DNA of 64,000 nt from Candidatus Zhuqueibacterota bacterium (GTDB lineage: Bacteria; Zhuqueibacterota; Zhuqueibacteria; Oceanimicrobiales; Oceanimicrobiaceae), in contig JAJDAF010000030.1 in the NCBI GenBank assembly GCA_029261995.1, positions 28,671 through 92,670 on the forward strand. Direction: 5' to 3'. Shown here one piece after another: positions 17,934-27,013 of the stretch. Made by a program: the position numbers and the translations under genes. Within the stretch, counting starts at the first letter, position 1. Each line of letters opens with the position of its first letter. The notes beneath the pieces were generated by a model. It was not told where the DNA came from and searched no databases. It saw only the letters and a program-made list of their open reading frames with translations.

Positions 17934-18021
17934 AGCATCACCTCTCGTCTAAGTCCATTTTAACCGGTGATCTAAACAAACGATGAGATTTGATTAGTCC
18001 CTGAGATTGATTAGGCCCAAT

Positions 18022-18052
18022 AAAAAAGAGGGAGTTCATCAGAACTCCCTCT
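18022..18052 (-). terminator. Intrinsic terminator downstream of the dehydrogenase gene
   Basis: Minus strand AGAGGGAGTTC-TGAT-GAACTCCCTCT-TTTTT: perfect 11-bp stem plus U-tract. Confidence 0.8.
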
Positions 18053-18212
18053 ATCTTGAATTACGTGAATATTTTGCCCAGAGAAAAAACGAATCTGGTG
18101 CTCCAGTTTCTCTCTGGCGCCGGCGACTGAACCAGCCAAAGCAACTCGTGCACGGGCCCGGGTTCCGGTTCCGCGTCCACTTCGCGTGCGGCCTTGCCAG
18201 CAGCTCGTCGCG

Positions 18213-19409
18213 TTATTTCTGGAAACCGTGCCACTTTGCCTCAAGCTCGGGATTCTGAATCGTGGCCATGATGTAATCAGCGTAATCTTTGCCGGTAGCA
18301 CCGTTGTCTCGGCCGGTGAGAACAACCTTCTTCTCGAGTTGACCACAGATGTCGAGCGCTTTTTCCATCTTGTCGGCGCGGTTTTCAAATCCGATGTGTC
18401 GAACAAGCATGCCGGCGGCTCTTATCATGCTGGCCGGGTCAGCGTACTGAGCACGGCCTTCGTCAACCATGCGCGGCGCACTGCCGTGGATGGCCTCGAA
18501 CATGGCAAAACGTTTGCCGATATTTGCGCTGCCCGCGGTACCGACGCCGCCCTGAAACTCAGCCGCTTCATCAGTGAGAATGTCACCATACAGGTTGGGA
18601 AGCGCCATAACCCGGAACTGCGTGCGGCGCTTTGGGTCAATCAGTTTCGCGGTCATGATATCGATGTACCAGTCATCACACTCAATGTTCGGATACTCTT
18701 TGGCGATGCGATAGCCGATGTCCAGAAACTTGCCATCCGTGGTCTTGACAACATTTGCTTTGGTGACCAAAGTGACTTTGGGGATGTTGTTCTTTGCGGC
18801 GTACTCGAACGCCAGGCGGATTAAACGCTCACTCCCAGGCGTCGTAGTCACGGTGAAATCTATGGCAAGGTCGTCCGACACGTTCACGCCGTTGCTGCCC
18901 AGAGCATAGGCGCCCTCCGTGTTCTCCCGAAAAAACATCCAGTCCAGGCCTTCGCTGGGGACCTTTACTGGCCGGACATTCGCGAACAGTTCCAACTCTT
19001 TACGCATAGCGACATTCGCGCTCTCGACGTTTGGCCAGGGGTCGCCTTTTCTTGGCGTCGTGGTCGGGCCTTTCAGGGTAACGTGACATTTTTTGATTTC
19101 CTCGAGCACATCATCCGGAATCGCTTTGCCGACCGCGGCACGGTTCTCGATAGTCAGGCCTTCAATCACTCGAATCTCAACTTTGCCAGAAGCAACCTCA
19201 TCCTTGAGCATGAACTCGAGCACACGCTGCGATTCAGCGGCGATAAAAGGTCCAATACCATCTCCGCCGATGACACCGATGATAATTGGATTAAGTGTTG
19301 CGTAGTCCATCCATTCTGTATCTTGCTTCATTCGTTCGACACGTTGCAGTTGTTCCTGGATCAATGCTGCAAAATGTTGCTGCGACGTGGCTGCATCTGC
19401 AGAAGACAT
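18213..19409 (-). CDS. Isocitrate/isopropylmalate dehydrogenase family protein
   Basis: GDGIGP, LKGPTTTP, SANVAMRKEL, FRENTEG, KANVVK, PNLYGDILTDEAA, FEAIHGSAP. AAGGAG RBS before ATG 19409. Confidence 0.92.
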   Translation of the reverse strand: MSSADAATSQQHFAALIQEQLQRVERMKQDTEWMDYATLNPIIIGVIGGDGIGPFIAAESQRVLEFMLKDEVASGKVEIRVIEGLTIENRAAVGKAIPDDVLEEIKKCHVTLKGPTTTPRKGDPWPNVESANVAMRKELELFANVRPVKVPSEGLDWMFFRENTEGAYALGSNGVNVSDDLAIDFTVTTTPGSERLIRLAFEYAAKNNIPKVTLVTKANVVKTTDGKFLDIGYRIAKEYPNIECDDWYIDIMTAKLIDPKRRTQFRVMALPNLYGDILTDEAAEFQGGVGTAGSANIGKRFAMFEAIHGSAPRMVDEGRAQYADPASMIRAAGMLVRHIGFENRADKMEKALDICGQLEKKVVLTGRDNGATGKDYADYIMATIQNPELEAKWHGFQK

Positions 19410-19650
19410 AAGTGCTCCTTTACTCCCAACCAAGGGTTATATTTGTGATATAGTGAATTTTGCATGAAGAGAAGACGTGCGGAATTACGCTGTTTAGCAT
19501 CCTTGCGTCTAATCTAAATTAATATAGTATTTCCGGTATGATTATCAAGCGAAAATTCCGTCATAGAACCATGTTGCGACTCTAGAAATGGCAGGGAAAA
19601 ATCGTGGACAAAACCACACTCTGAGAAGCATCGCGAGAAACAAATAGCGC

Positions 19651-19679
19651 TTGCATTTGTTTCCCGTTTTTAATAATCT
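19651..19679 (+). promoter_or_regulatory. Putative sigma-70 promoter
   Basis: TTGCAT-17nt-TAATCT upstream of 19728. Confidence 0.45.
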
Positions 19680-19727
19680 AACAATCTTCACGGATTACAA
19701 ATTTCTCAAACCGAACAAGAACACAGA

Positions 19728-20492
19728 ATGCAGTTTGCGTCTCTTATTGCACCGGAAGTATCTCTTTTCCAAAAGCACGTCGTCGCAATTATAGGAGGTG
19801 GAGGCAAATCGACTCTGATGCACAGACTGGCGAAAGAGCTGAAACTCCGAAATTTTCAAGTCGCAATCACTTCAACCACCAAATTTCAGGTCGCTTCTGG
19901 TGTTGAAGTTATTCTCCAGGCGGACTGCTCAGACTATCTTGCCGAGGCGGAAGGTATGCTGCAAAAGAACGGTGTCGTCGCAGTAGCAAGAGATTCCTAT
20001 TCCGAGAAGAATCGCCTGCTTGGCGTGACCCGCCAGGCAATAGTTGAGTTACGCCGAGTAGCTGATGTCGTGCTGATTGAGGCTGACGGCTCAAGGCAGA
20101 GACCGTTGAAGACCCATAAGGAATATGAACCGGTGGTCCCTCCGGAGACCACATCTGCTATTATTATTTGTGGAGCCGAGGCAGTCGGCAGACCGTTGGA
20201 TGACAGGAACGTACACCGGGCGGAGCTGTTCGCCACGAAGTGGGATATCGCACTGGGAACCCAGGTGACGCCAGCCATAGCGGCGCGGGAACTCCTGTCA
20301 CCCTACAGCTACTTGAAGAATATTCCCATCCACGCACATATCGCATATTATATTAACAAAGCGGACAGAAATCCCATCGGGGCGAGGCTCTTAGCCGAGA
20401 ATCTCAAGAAAAGGTGCAACCACCCTGTATTCTACGGAAGCCTTAAGAAAAATCAACTGCAAAGGACCATGCTGAATTCAACACGGAGCTGA
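19728..20492 (+). CDS. yqeC: YqeC-like selenium-dependent hydroxylase accessory protein
   Basis: VAIIGGGGKSTLM, ITSTTK, LIEADGSRQRPLK...EPVVP and INKAD match the YqeC pattern. Confidence 0.8.
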   Translation: MQFASLIAPEVSLFQKHVVAIIGGGGKSTLMHRLAKELKLRNFQVAITSTTKFQVASGVEVILQADCSDYLAEAEGMLQKNGVVAVARDSYSEKNRLLGVTRQAIVELRRVADVVLIEADGSRQRPLKTHKEYEPVVPPETTSAIIICGAEAVGRPLDDRNVHRAELFATKWDIALGTQVTPAIAARELLSPYSYLKNIPIHAHIAYYINKADRNPIGARLLAENLKKRCNHPVFYGSLKKNQLQRTMLNSTRS

Positions 20493-20531
20493 CAACATCG
20501 GGGTCAAGCAGAAATCCCTTGAGAAGACGCG

Positions 20532-23500
20532 TTGTTTAGATTTGCCCAAAAAGAACATCTGATTGTTCCCGCCCATATTGACCATCTCCCGAGCCTGCGT
20601 GATTTCGTCACCCAGATAGGGTCCAAATATGGTTACAGCAAAAAGCTGGTCAACGCTTTTAAGATAGCGATTGACGAGGCGGCCACCAACATCATCAAGC
20701 ACGCCTACGAGGGTGAAGGCTACATTACAATCCAGGCCATCATCCGCCGCAAAAGCCTGACCATCAACATGATCGACCAGGGCGCTTTTTTTGACCCCAA
20801 GTGGGCGAAAGCGCCGGACCTCAAAGACACCGCCAGCCAGAGAGAAAAAGTTGGGCTTGGCATCTTCATGATGCGCAAGCTCATGGACGAAATCGGCTAT
20901 CAGAAGACCCAGGCCGGCAACGAACTCAGTCTCACCAAACACGACAAGTACCGCAGGAAGCCGTTCAGCCTGGGTTATCTGTGGAGCCTTCCGCCAGCTC
21001 TCCGCGTTCGTTATTTCATCAACGCAATCATTCTGGTGACGCTGGCGAATGCTGGCGCGTTCTCCTACCTCTATTTTGAAGCGGACCGCCGAGTGACGGC
21101 CGCCATTGTTGAATCCGGACGAAAAACCGCCAAACGCCTCGGCAACCGTCTGAGTTTTGACCCGGGTAAGATCAACGGCCCAAACGCCGAATCCGAAATC
21201 AACAGCATCATACTGCCCGAGTACCGGGAAAACATCCTGGAGCTGCACAGCATCACACTGGAAGACACGCTTGGGCGCGTGGCCTGGTCGACGGTCCACA
21301 CAGATATCGATTCTCTGTTTCTCAGACCCGGCCTGGTCTCGACCCTGGCCACGGGAGCGCTCGAATTCTATCTGCAAGACAGTGTCCGGGTGCTGGAAAT
21401 TGAGCGCATCCTGACCTTCGACCAGGACAGCTCTTCGTTGTCTAAGGTGCATGTTTTTCTCTCCGGTGAGCACATCAACAATGAGATTGATCTCAAAAGG
21501 CTCTACTATCTCAAGCTGGCGGCTGCGGCTCTGGGCGCCAGCTACATCTTGCTCGCCCTGTTGAGCTACATTATCACCCGACCCATCAGGAAACTGGCGG
21601 AATGGATCAAAGCGACCCGCCAGGGTGAAATCCGAACAGACCTTGACATCGATGGCTCGTCGGAACTCGGAGAAATCGCCCAGGCGTTTACGGAAATCAC
21701 GCAACGCTTCAACGAATCCCAAAAGCACCTGGAGCACCGGGAGCGTTTTGAGAAAGAAATCCATCTTGCGAAGGGGATTCAAAGCTCCCTCCTGCCTTCC
21801 GCAATTCCGGTGCTGGAAAAGGTCGCGCTGGCCGCCCACTACGAGGCCGCGATCGAAGTTAGCGGCGACTACTACGACTTCATCGAGATTGATAAAGACC
21901 ACCTGGGCATCATCATAGCCGATGTTTCCGGCAAGGGTGTGCCCGGCTCCATGGTTATGACCATGATTCGAACCGCCCTGAAAACAGAAGCGCGCGGTAT
22001 CCTGGATGCCGCCGAAGTTCTGACCCGGGTGCACGAATTTGTAGCGGATGACATGAAGTATGGCATGTTCGTCACCATGTTCTACGTGATTCTCGACAAG
22101 CAGGCCTGCACCATCAACTTTGCCAGTGCCGGCCACACGCCACTGTTGCTGCATCGCGCCTGCACCGGCAAGACGTTCTATCTAAACCCCATCGGCTGCC
22201 CGGTTGGCATCGCCCTGGCAAAAGCCGACTTCTTCAAAAACAACATCGAATCCGAAACCGTTCAGTTGGATGCTGACGACACTCTCCTGCTCTACACCGA
22301 CGGCATTACCGAGGCCAGGAACCCGAAAAACGGTAGTTACGGCGAGGGACGCCTGCTTAATCAGGTTAGGAAGCACCAAGGGTTAAGACTGGAGCCGTTT
22401 CTTGAAAAAATCAAGAACAGTCTCTACTCATTTCGCGAGGATAGCCCGCAGCATGATGATATCACCATGGTGGCTATCCGCCGCAAGGCTGCAACGGATG
22501 AAGAAACGGCGCAGCCCATCGTGCTTGACGAAGATCTTTCTGTAGAAACCAAATTTCTCAGCATTGAAGATACAACGAAGATTCTCGATGTGGTGTCGCG
22601 CCACCCTGAGTTTGACGCAGAGCAAATCTCAGAGGAACTCAACCGGCCACGCTACAAGAATGCGGAAATCGCGGAAGGCAAAATCGAGTCTGAGCTGATT
22701 CGCCAGAAGCTGGACACGGTGGAGTTGCGCAACCGGCACGCCAGACTGTGCGAAGAGAACCAAAGGAATGCGAACCCACCCGGGACACCGCGGTTGACAC
22801 TTTCCGGCAACGTCAGACTGCACAAAAGGCCAACGGTGAAATCCGTCGCCGCCGGACTGCTGAAGGCGCCGGAAGACCCGCCACCCTCTGAAAACCGGGA
22901 GCAGCCTCGACTGCCTCAGACGCCTCAGGAAATCCTCGACTACGCGCCGAACATTGAATCCGATTTCGTCTTCGGTACTTTCATTGACGACCTGCTAAGA
23001 GCGACTCCCGAGTTTGAGAAGCTTGACATTAGCGACGACGTCCCGATTTGGGAAGACCGGCAGACCCTGGCCCTCCCGGCTCCTGTAGAGGAAGAGCAGG
23101 AACCAGCCGATGAACCGGAGCAAAAACTCGAGACCACGGATAGCCCGGAATCACAGCCGACACAACTGACGGAAACGGAGGAGGACGAGCAAGCCCGGCA
23201 ATCTGACATCGACGACGAGTTTGCAGCCAGCCTGTTTGCTGACGACATTTCCGACGCGCTGGTCGATGCGATTCTCGGCAACATCGATGACATCGAAACG
23301 GCGGCGGAACCCGAAGTCGCAACCACGCCCAAAGCAGACTTATCACAGCCGCCAACGACTCCGAAGGCGGAAGATACTGCCATGCCCGAATCGCGGCGAG
23401 AGGAGCCGTCCGGGCATGGTGACGTCGTCAGCCCTGACTCCGACCCACCCGCCGAGACAGATGCTCCTGCGCAACCTGCAGCAATGGAAATCGCTGATGA

Positions 23501-26500
23501 GCCGGATAAGCAAATTGCAGCGGATGTGGCGCCGGCTGCACCCTCAAAAGATTCTCCTGCGCAAGACCTCTCCCATGAAGGAGACGAAGACATTGCGGCC
23601 GACCCTGCCGACGACACTGAATTCGTTTCTCCACCTTTCTTGACAACTGAGTCAGAAACCGTTGAAGCCGGACCTGTTTCAGAACCCTCGGCAGAACTTC
23701 ACGAACCCGAACCTGAGGTCGCGGCGCAAGCTGAACGCGCTGCCCCGGAAGTAGAACAGCCCGGGCAAATCCCTGCGCGGCCGGACTCTGATTTGCAGAC
23801 CGGAGTCGCGGAGCAAGGTGAGGACGGGAGCCGGACTGATTCCGCCACCGATGACACAAAGCAGGAACTCGCCGAACCTCCAGAGCCACTCAGCAACCTT
23901 GCCGATGTCGATCCACACGCTCCATCGGCGGAGCCGGTCGAACCCAAAGAGCTTCCCAAGGCCGATGCTGAGCTTGCCGTCGATGAACACGAAGACATTG
24001 AAGAGGCCGCAACATCTGAAGACAGCGTTGCCGATGATGCTGATGACGATCTTACGCAAAGCTCGATTGCCGGCGCCTGGGAAAAAACAGACCCGGCCGA
24101 CGACGACTGGCTCGGCCTGCTCCCTGACGACCCAGGCGGCTGGACCGAAGACGTTCATCCTTTACTGCCACCTGACCTGCCTGAGCTGACAGACGAAATC
24201 CCTGAGAGCCTGACTGCGCCAGAGCAATCGGAGGTCGCCCAAGTTCACCCCGATGCGCCCGCTGACAAGCCTGAGGAAGAGCTTGTCTCGCCTCATACGG
24301 ATGAAACTGAGCCCCCCGAAGTCAAAGAAGCATCCGTCCCGCCGGAGCTTTTCGGTGTTGCCTCCATCGAGTCAAACATCATGGACGACACCCTGCAGTT
24401 CCAACGTCGCACCAGGTCGAAGCCTGAGCAGGAGACCGAGGACGAAGAAACAACAGACTCCGTTTTCGACGGAGCAATCAATGCTTTGTTGGGCCGTCAT
24501 CAACCGCAAACTGCATTCGTGGATGAAGTCGGAACGAGCGCAACACCGCAGGTCGAAGACTCGCCAGAGCTGCAGGAAGACAACATCAGCGTGCGGCCGG
24601 ATTTCGAAGAATCGCCCACGCGGGACCAGGATGATGCAGGCGTCATCCTGGACGATGAAGTTGGAATCGCTCTATCCGACAAAGGCATTCAAGACATTCT
24701 CCACGAAGATGAAACTCAAGTTGGAGCAGAAGACGGAACTGAAGGTGAAATAGCAGTTGAGCCAGAAGTTGAAGATGAAGAAGAGCCCGAAATAGCGGAA
24801 CCAGAACTCGAGACCCGAGCCGAAACCAAGACGCTGGAGGCGCCCGCTACCCCGGAAATCGCCGAGGAGAAAACCCCGGAAGCTGCGCCAGACGAGACGT
24901 CAGAATCGAAAGGCGCTGAGCTTGAACCCGAGGCCGACGCGGAGCAACCCTCCGAGGTCCAAACCGAACCGCTCTTCACCCTGACCAGCAATGTGATTGA
25001 GGACAAATTCCTGCCACGCCCGATCCGGAAACGCCGGCGCTCGCGCAGACGGCGGCCGGCCGCAACGGAAGAATCGTCAGAAATCACACTCAGCAACAAG
25101 CCCGGACCGCGCGCCACCACGCCAGCGCCCGTAGCAGCGTCCGAGGTCCTGCCACAGGCTGAGGCGCTGGAAGAACGACGCGAACCGGAAACCCAGACCA
25201 CTGAGCCCGAGATTGTGGCCACCCCGGACGAAATTCTGGACACGAAGTCGGAATACTCAGATGCCGCCACCGCCGAAGATGAAGAAGAGCAGCCTGCTCT
25301 TGCCGAGCCGGAAGAAACCGCGGAGTTGAGCGCAGAAGCGCCAGGCAGTCACGCTCTTCCTGCCACCCCGCCATCGGAGCATTCTCTCACGGCAGAACCT
25401 GCCATACCGCCACAAGCCCCGGCAACCGAACAATCGCACCAGACACAAGCTGCCGACCCGGGCAGCCGGGAAACTCAAACTGACCAAGAGCAGAATTCCG
25501 CTCAGACGCCGGCGGAAGTAGAAAGCCGGCACGCCGAGCCTGAAACCTCGATACCCGACGTGTCTGAAGAACGGCCTGCAGCGGTTAGACCGGCTGCTCA
25601 GCATGTCGATACAACAACGCAAGATGTCACCGAGCCAGAAGCGCCGCAACCTCAATTGCCGGAGCCACCTCCCGAGCCGCAGCAGCAGCGCGCCAGGACG
25701 CACGCGGATGAGCTTCTGAGTGGCATCGATCACTACAAAGCCAAGCAATACGAAGATGCCATCATTGCGTTCAAAGCCGCACTCAAGCTTGCCCCGGACT
25801 CGATGGAAGCCTATGCCATGCTTGGAAATGCTTTCTTCAGAAACAATATGTACGAAGAGGCGCTGACGGCCTACGAACAGATCGATCAAGAGACTGCAAG
25901 CGACCTGGCCATTCATGAAAATATTGGACTGATCTACTGGAAGCTCGGACAATTCGACGCAGCAACCAAGGCGTGGCGCGATGCCCTGCAGAATCATCCC
26001 GAGCGCAAGGAACTGGCGCGGCGCCTGGAAATTGCAGAAACCCAGAGAATGTCGCAGCAGGGTCTATCTACGGCTTCCAGAGAAGGTGGCACTCAGGAAA
26101 CGACGGCTGCTCCAAAGGCCGAACCGGCCGTCGTCCAGAATAGCAGCGCGGAGGCTCGAAAACTGGTCCAGGCCGGTATTGAGCAATACCGCAGCAACGA
26201 TTACGAATCGGCCATCCAGACCTTCCGGTTAGCCATCAACCACTTTCCAAGCAAGCAGGAGGCCTACAGTTTTCTCGGCAACGCTTATTTTCGGAATCAG
26301 ATGTACAACGAGGCCGCTGAGATTTACGAACGGCTGCTCAGTCTCAACGATGACAACACCTCAGTTCTCGAAAATCTGGCCTTCATTCATTTCAAACAAG
26401 GCGACTATCAGAACGCCGTCGAGAAATGGAAACGAGTTCTCGCGAAAGAGCCCGAGCGTCGCGACCTTGAAGACCGCATCGAAAAAGTTACACAACTGCT

Positions 26501-26504
26501 TTAG
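20532..26504 (+). CDS. Giant signalling protein: RsbW-type HATPase, 2 TM, HAMP, SpoIIE/PP2C, acidic low-complexity region and two TPR clusters
   Basis: IAIDEAATNIIKHAY, IDQG, GLGIFMM (HATPase); GDYYD, IADVSGKG, ASAGH, YTDGITEA, DDIT (PP2C); long E/D/P/A/T-rich tract; TPR motifs EAY..LGNA.FRN.MY twice. Confidence 0.88.
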   Translation: MFRFAQKEHLIVPAHIDHLPSLRDFVTQIGSKYGYSKKLVNAFKIAIDEAATNIIKHAYEGEGYITIQAIIRRKSLTINMIDQGAFFDPKWAKAPDLKDTASQREKVGLGIFMMRKLMDEIGYQKTQAGNELSLTKHDKYRRKPFSLGYLWSLPPALRVRYFINAIILVTLANAGAFSYLYFEADRRVTAAIVESGRKTAKRLGNRLSFDPGKINGPNAESEINSIILPEYRENILELHSITLEDTLGRVAWSTVHTDIDSLFLRPGLVSTLATGALEFYLQDSVRVLEIERILTFDQDSSSLSKVHVFLSGEHINNEIDLKRLYYLKLAAAALGASYILLALLSYIITRPIRKLAEWIKATRQGEIRTDLDIDGSSELGEIAQAFTEITQRFNESQKHLEHRERFEKEIHLAKGIQSSLLPSAIPVLEKVALAAHYEAAIEVSGDYYDFIEIDKDHLGIIIADVSGKGVPGSMVMTMIRTALKTEARGILDAAEVLTRVHEFVADDMKYGMFVTMFYVILDKQACTINFASAGHTPLLLHRACTGKTFYLNPIGCPVGIALAKADFFKNNIESETVQLDADDTLLLYTDGITEARNPKNGSYGEGRLLNQVRKHQGLRLEPFLEKIKNSLYSFREDSPQHDDITMVAIRRKAATDEETAQPIVLDEDLSVETKFLSIEDTTKILDVVSRHPEFDAEQISEELNRPRYKNAEIAEGKIESELIRQKLDTVELRNRHARLCEENQRNANPPGTPRLTLSGNVRLHKRPTVKSVAAGLLKAPEDPPPSENREQPRLPQTPQEILDYAPNIESDFVFGTFIDDLLRATPEFEKLDISDDVPIWEDRQTLALPAPVEEEQEPADEPEQKLETTDSPESQPTQLTETEEDEQARQSDIDDEFAASLFADDISDALVDAILGNIDDIETAAEPEVATTPKADLSQPPTTPKAEDTAMPESRREEPSGHGDVVSPDSDPPAETDAPAQPAAMEIADEPDKQIAADVAPAAPSKDSPAQDLSHEGDEDIAADPADDTEFVSPPFLTTESETVEAGPVSEPSAELHEPEPEVAAQAERAAPEVEQPGQIPARPDSDLQTGVAEQGEDGSRTDSATDDTKQELAEPPEPLSNLADVDPHAPSAEPVEPKELPKADAELAVDEHEDIEEAATSEDSVADDADDDLTQSSIAGAWEKTDPADDDWLGLLPDDPGGWTEDVHPLLPPDLPELTDEIPESLTAPEQSEVAQVHPDAPADKPEEELVSPHTDETEPPEVKEASVPPELFGVASIESNIMDDTLQFQRRTRSKPEQETEDEETTDSVFDGAINALLGRHQPQTAFVDEVGTSATPQVEDSPELQEDNISVRPDFEESPTRDQDDAGVILDDEVGIALSDKGIQDILHEDETQVGAEDGTEGEIAVEPEVEDEEEPEIAEPELETRAETKTLEAPATPEIAEEKTPEAAPDETSESKGAELEPEADAEQPSEVQTEPLFTLTSNVIEDKFLPRPIRKRRRSRRRRPAATEESSEITLSNKPGPRATTPAPVAASEVLPQAEALEERREPETQTTEPEIVATPDEILDTKSEYSDAATAEDEEEQPALAEPEETAELSAEAPGSHALPATPPSEHSLTAEPAIPPQAPATEQSHQTQAADPGSRETQTDQEQNSAQTPAEVESRHAEPETSIPDVSEERPAAVRPAAQHVDTTTQDVTEPEAPQPQLPEPPPEPQQQRARTHADELLSGIDHYKAKQYEDAIIAFKAALKLAPDSMEAYAMLGNAFFRNNMYEEALTAYEQIDQETASDLAIHENIGLIYWKLGQFDAATKAWRDALQNHPERKELARRLEIAETQRMSQQGLSTASREGGTQETTAAPKAEPAVVQNSSAEARKLVQAGIEQYRSNDYESAIQTFRLAINHFPSKQEAYSFLGNAYFRNQMYNEAAEIYERLLSLNDDNTSVLENLAFIHFKQGDYQNAVEKWKRVLAKEPERRDLEDRIEKVTQLL

Positions 26505-26615
26505 TTTCTCCCGGCCGATAGGCACAAGCCACAAGCCCGGTGACTTCTGCTCATCGCCAACGCCTAAACGCCGCCTCCGTGTGACCAGCCGCTGAATGGC
26601 CTTGCCAAAAATCCC

Positions 26616-26644
26616 TTGACTCAACAAAATAGTTGGAGTACTTT
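26616..26644 (+). promoter_or_regulatory. Putative sigma-70 promoter
   Basis: TTGACT-17nt-TACTTT upstream of the CDGSH gene. Confidence 0.55.
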
Positions 26645-26710
26645 TCGATGCGGTTTTGTTTGCTGTCATGATCCGAATTCATATCGTCACAACTTAACCA
26701 AGGAGTGAGC

Positions 26711-26947
26711 ATGGCTGACCCAAAGATAGCTCAGAAAAGCCCGTATGTCGAAGAAGTGGAAGCAAAGAAGTATGCCTGGTGTTCCTGCGGCCTGTCAAAA
26801 AAACAGCCGTACTGCGATGGTGCGCACAAGGGCTCTGAATTTTCTCCTGTGATTGTTGAGATCACGGAAACAAAAAAAGTAGCGTGGTGCGGATGCAAAG
26901 CGAGCGGTAACAAACCATTCTGCGACGGCTCGCACAGCAAGCTCTAA
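26711..26947 (+). CDS. CDGSH iron-sulfur domain protein (two motifs)
   Basis: [17 protein letters not shown] and [17 protein letters not shown]; AGGAG RBS. Confidence 0.93.
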   Translation: MADPKIAQKSPYVEEVEAKKYAWCSCGLSKKQPYCDGAHKGSEFSPVIVEITETKKVAWCGCKASGNKPFCDGSHSKL

Positions 26948-27013
26948 CCGGCGCAGAAGCACAACAAAACATCCCGTTCAATTCCAACTCGAGAAAGGAA
27001 TCCAGGGTTCAAC

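Noticed and set aside
20478-22154. 558-aa minus-strand ORF
   Set aside because: Antisense shadow of the RsbW/PP2C gene, with no recognisable motifs.
22860-25690. Tandem repeat or CRISPR array in the low-complexity region
   Set aside because: Compositional bias only, with no regular nucleotide repeat unit, and the frame is open throughout.
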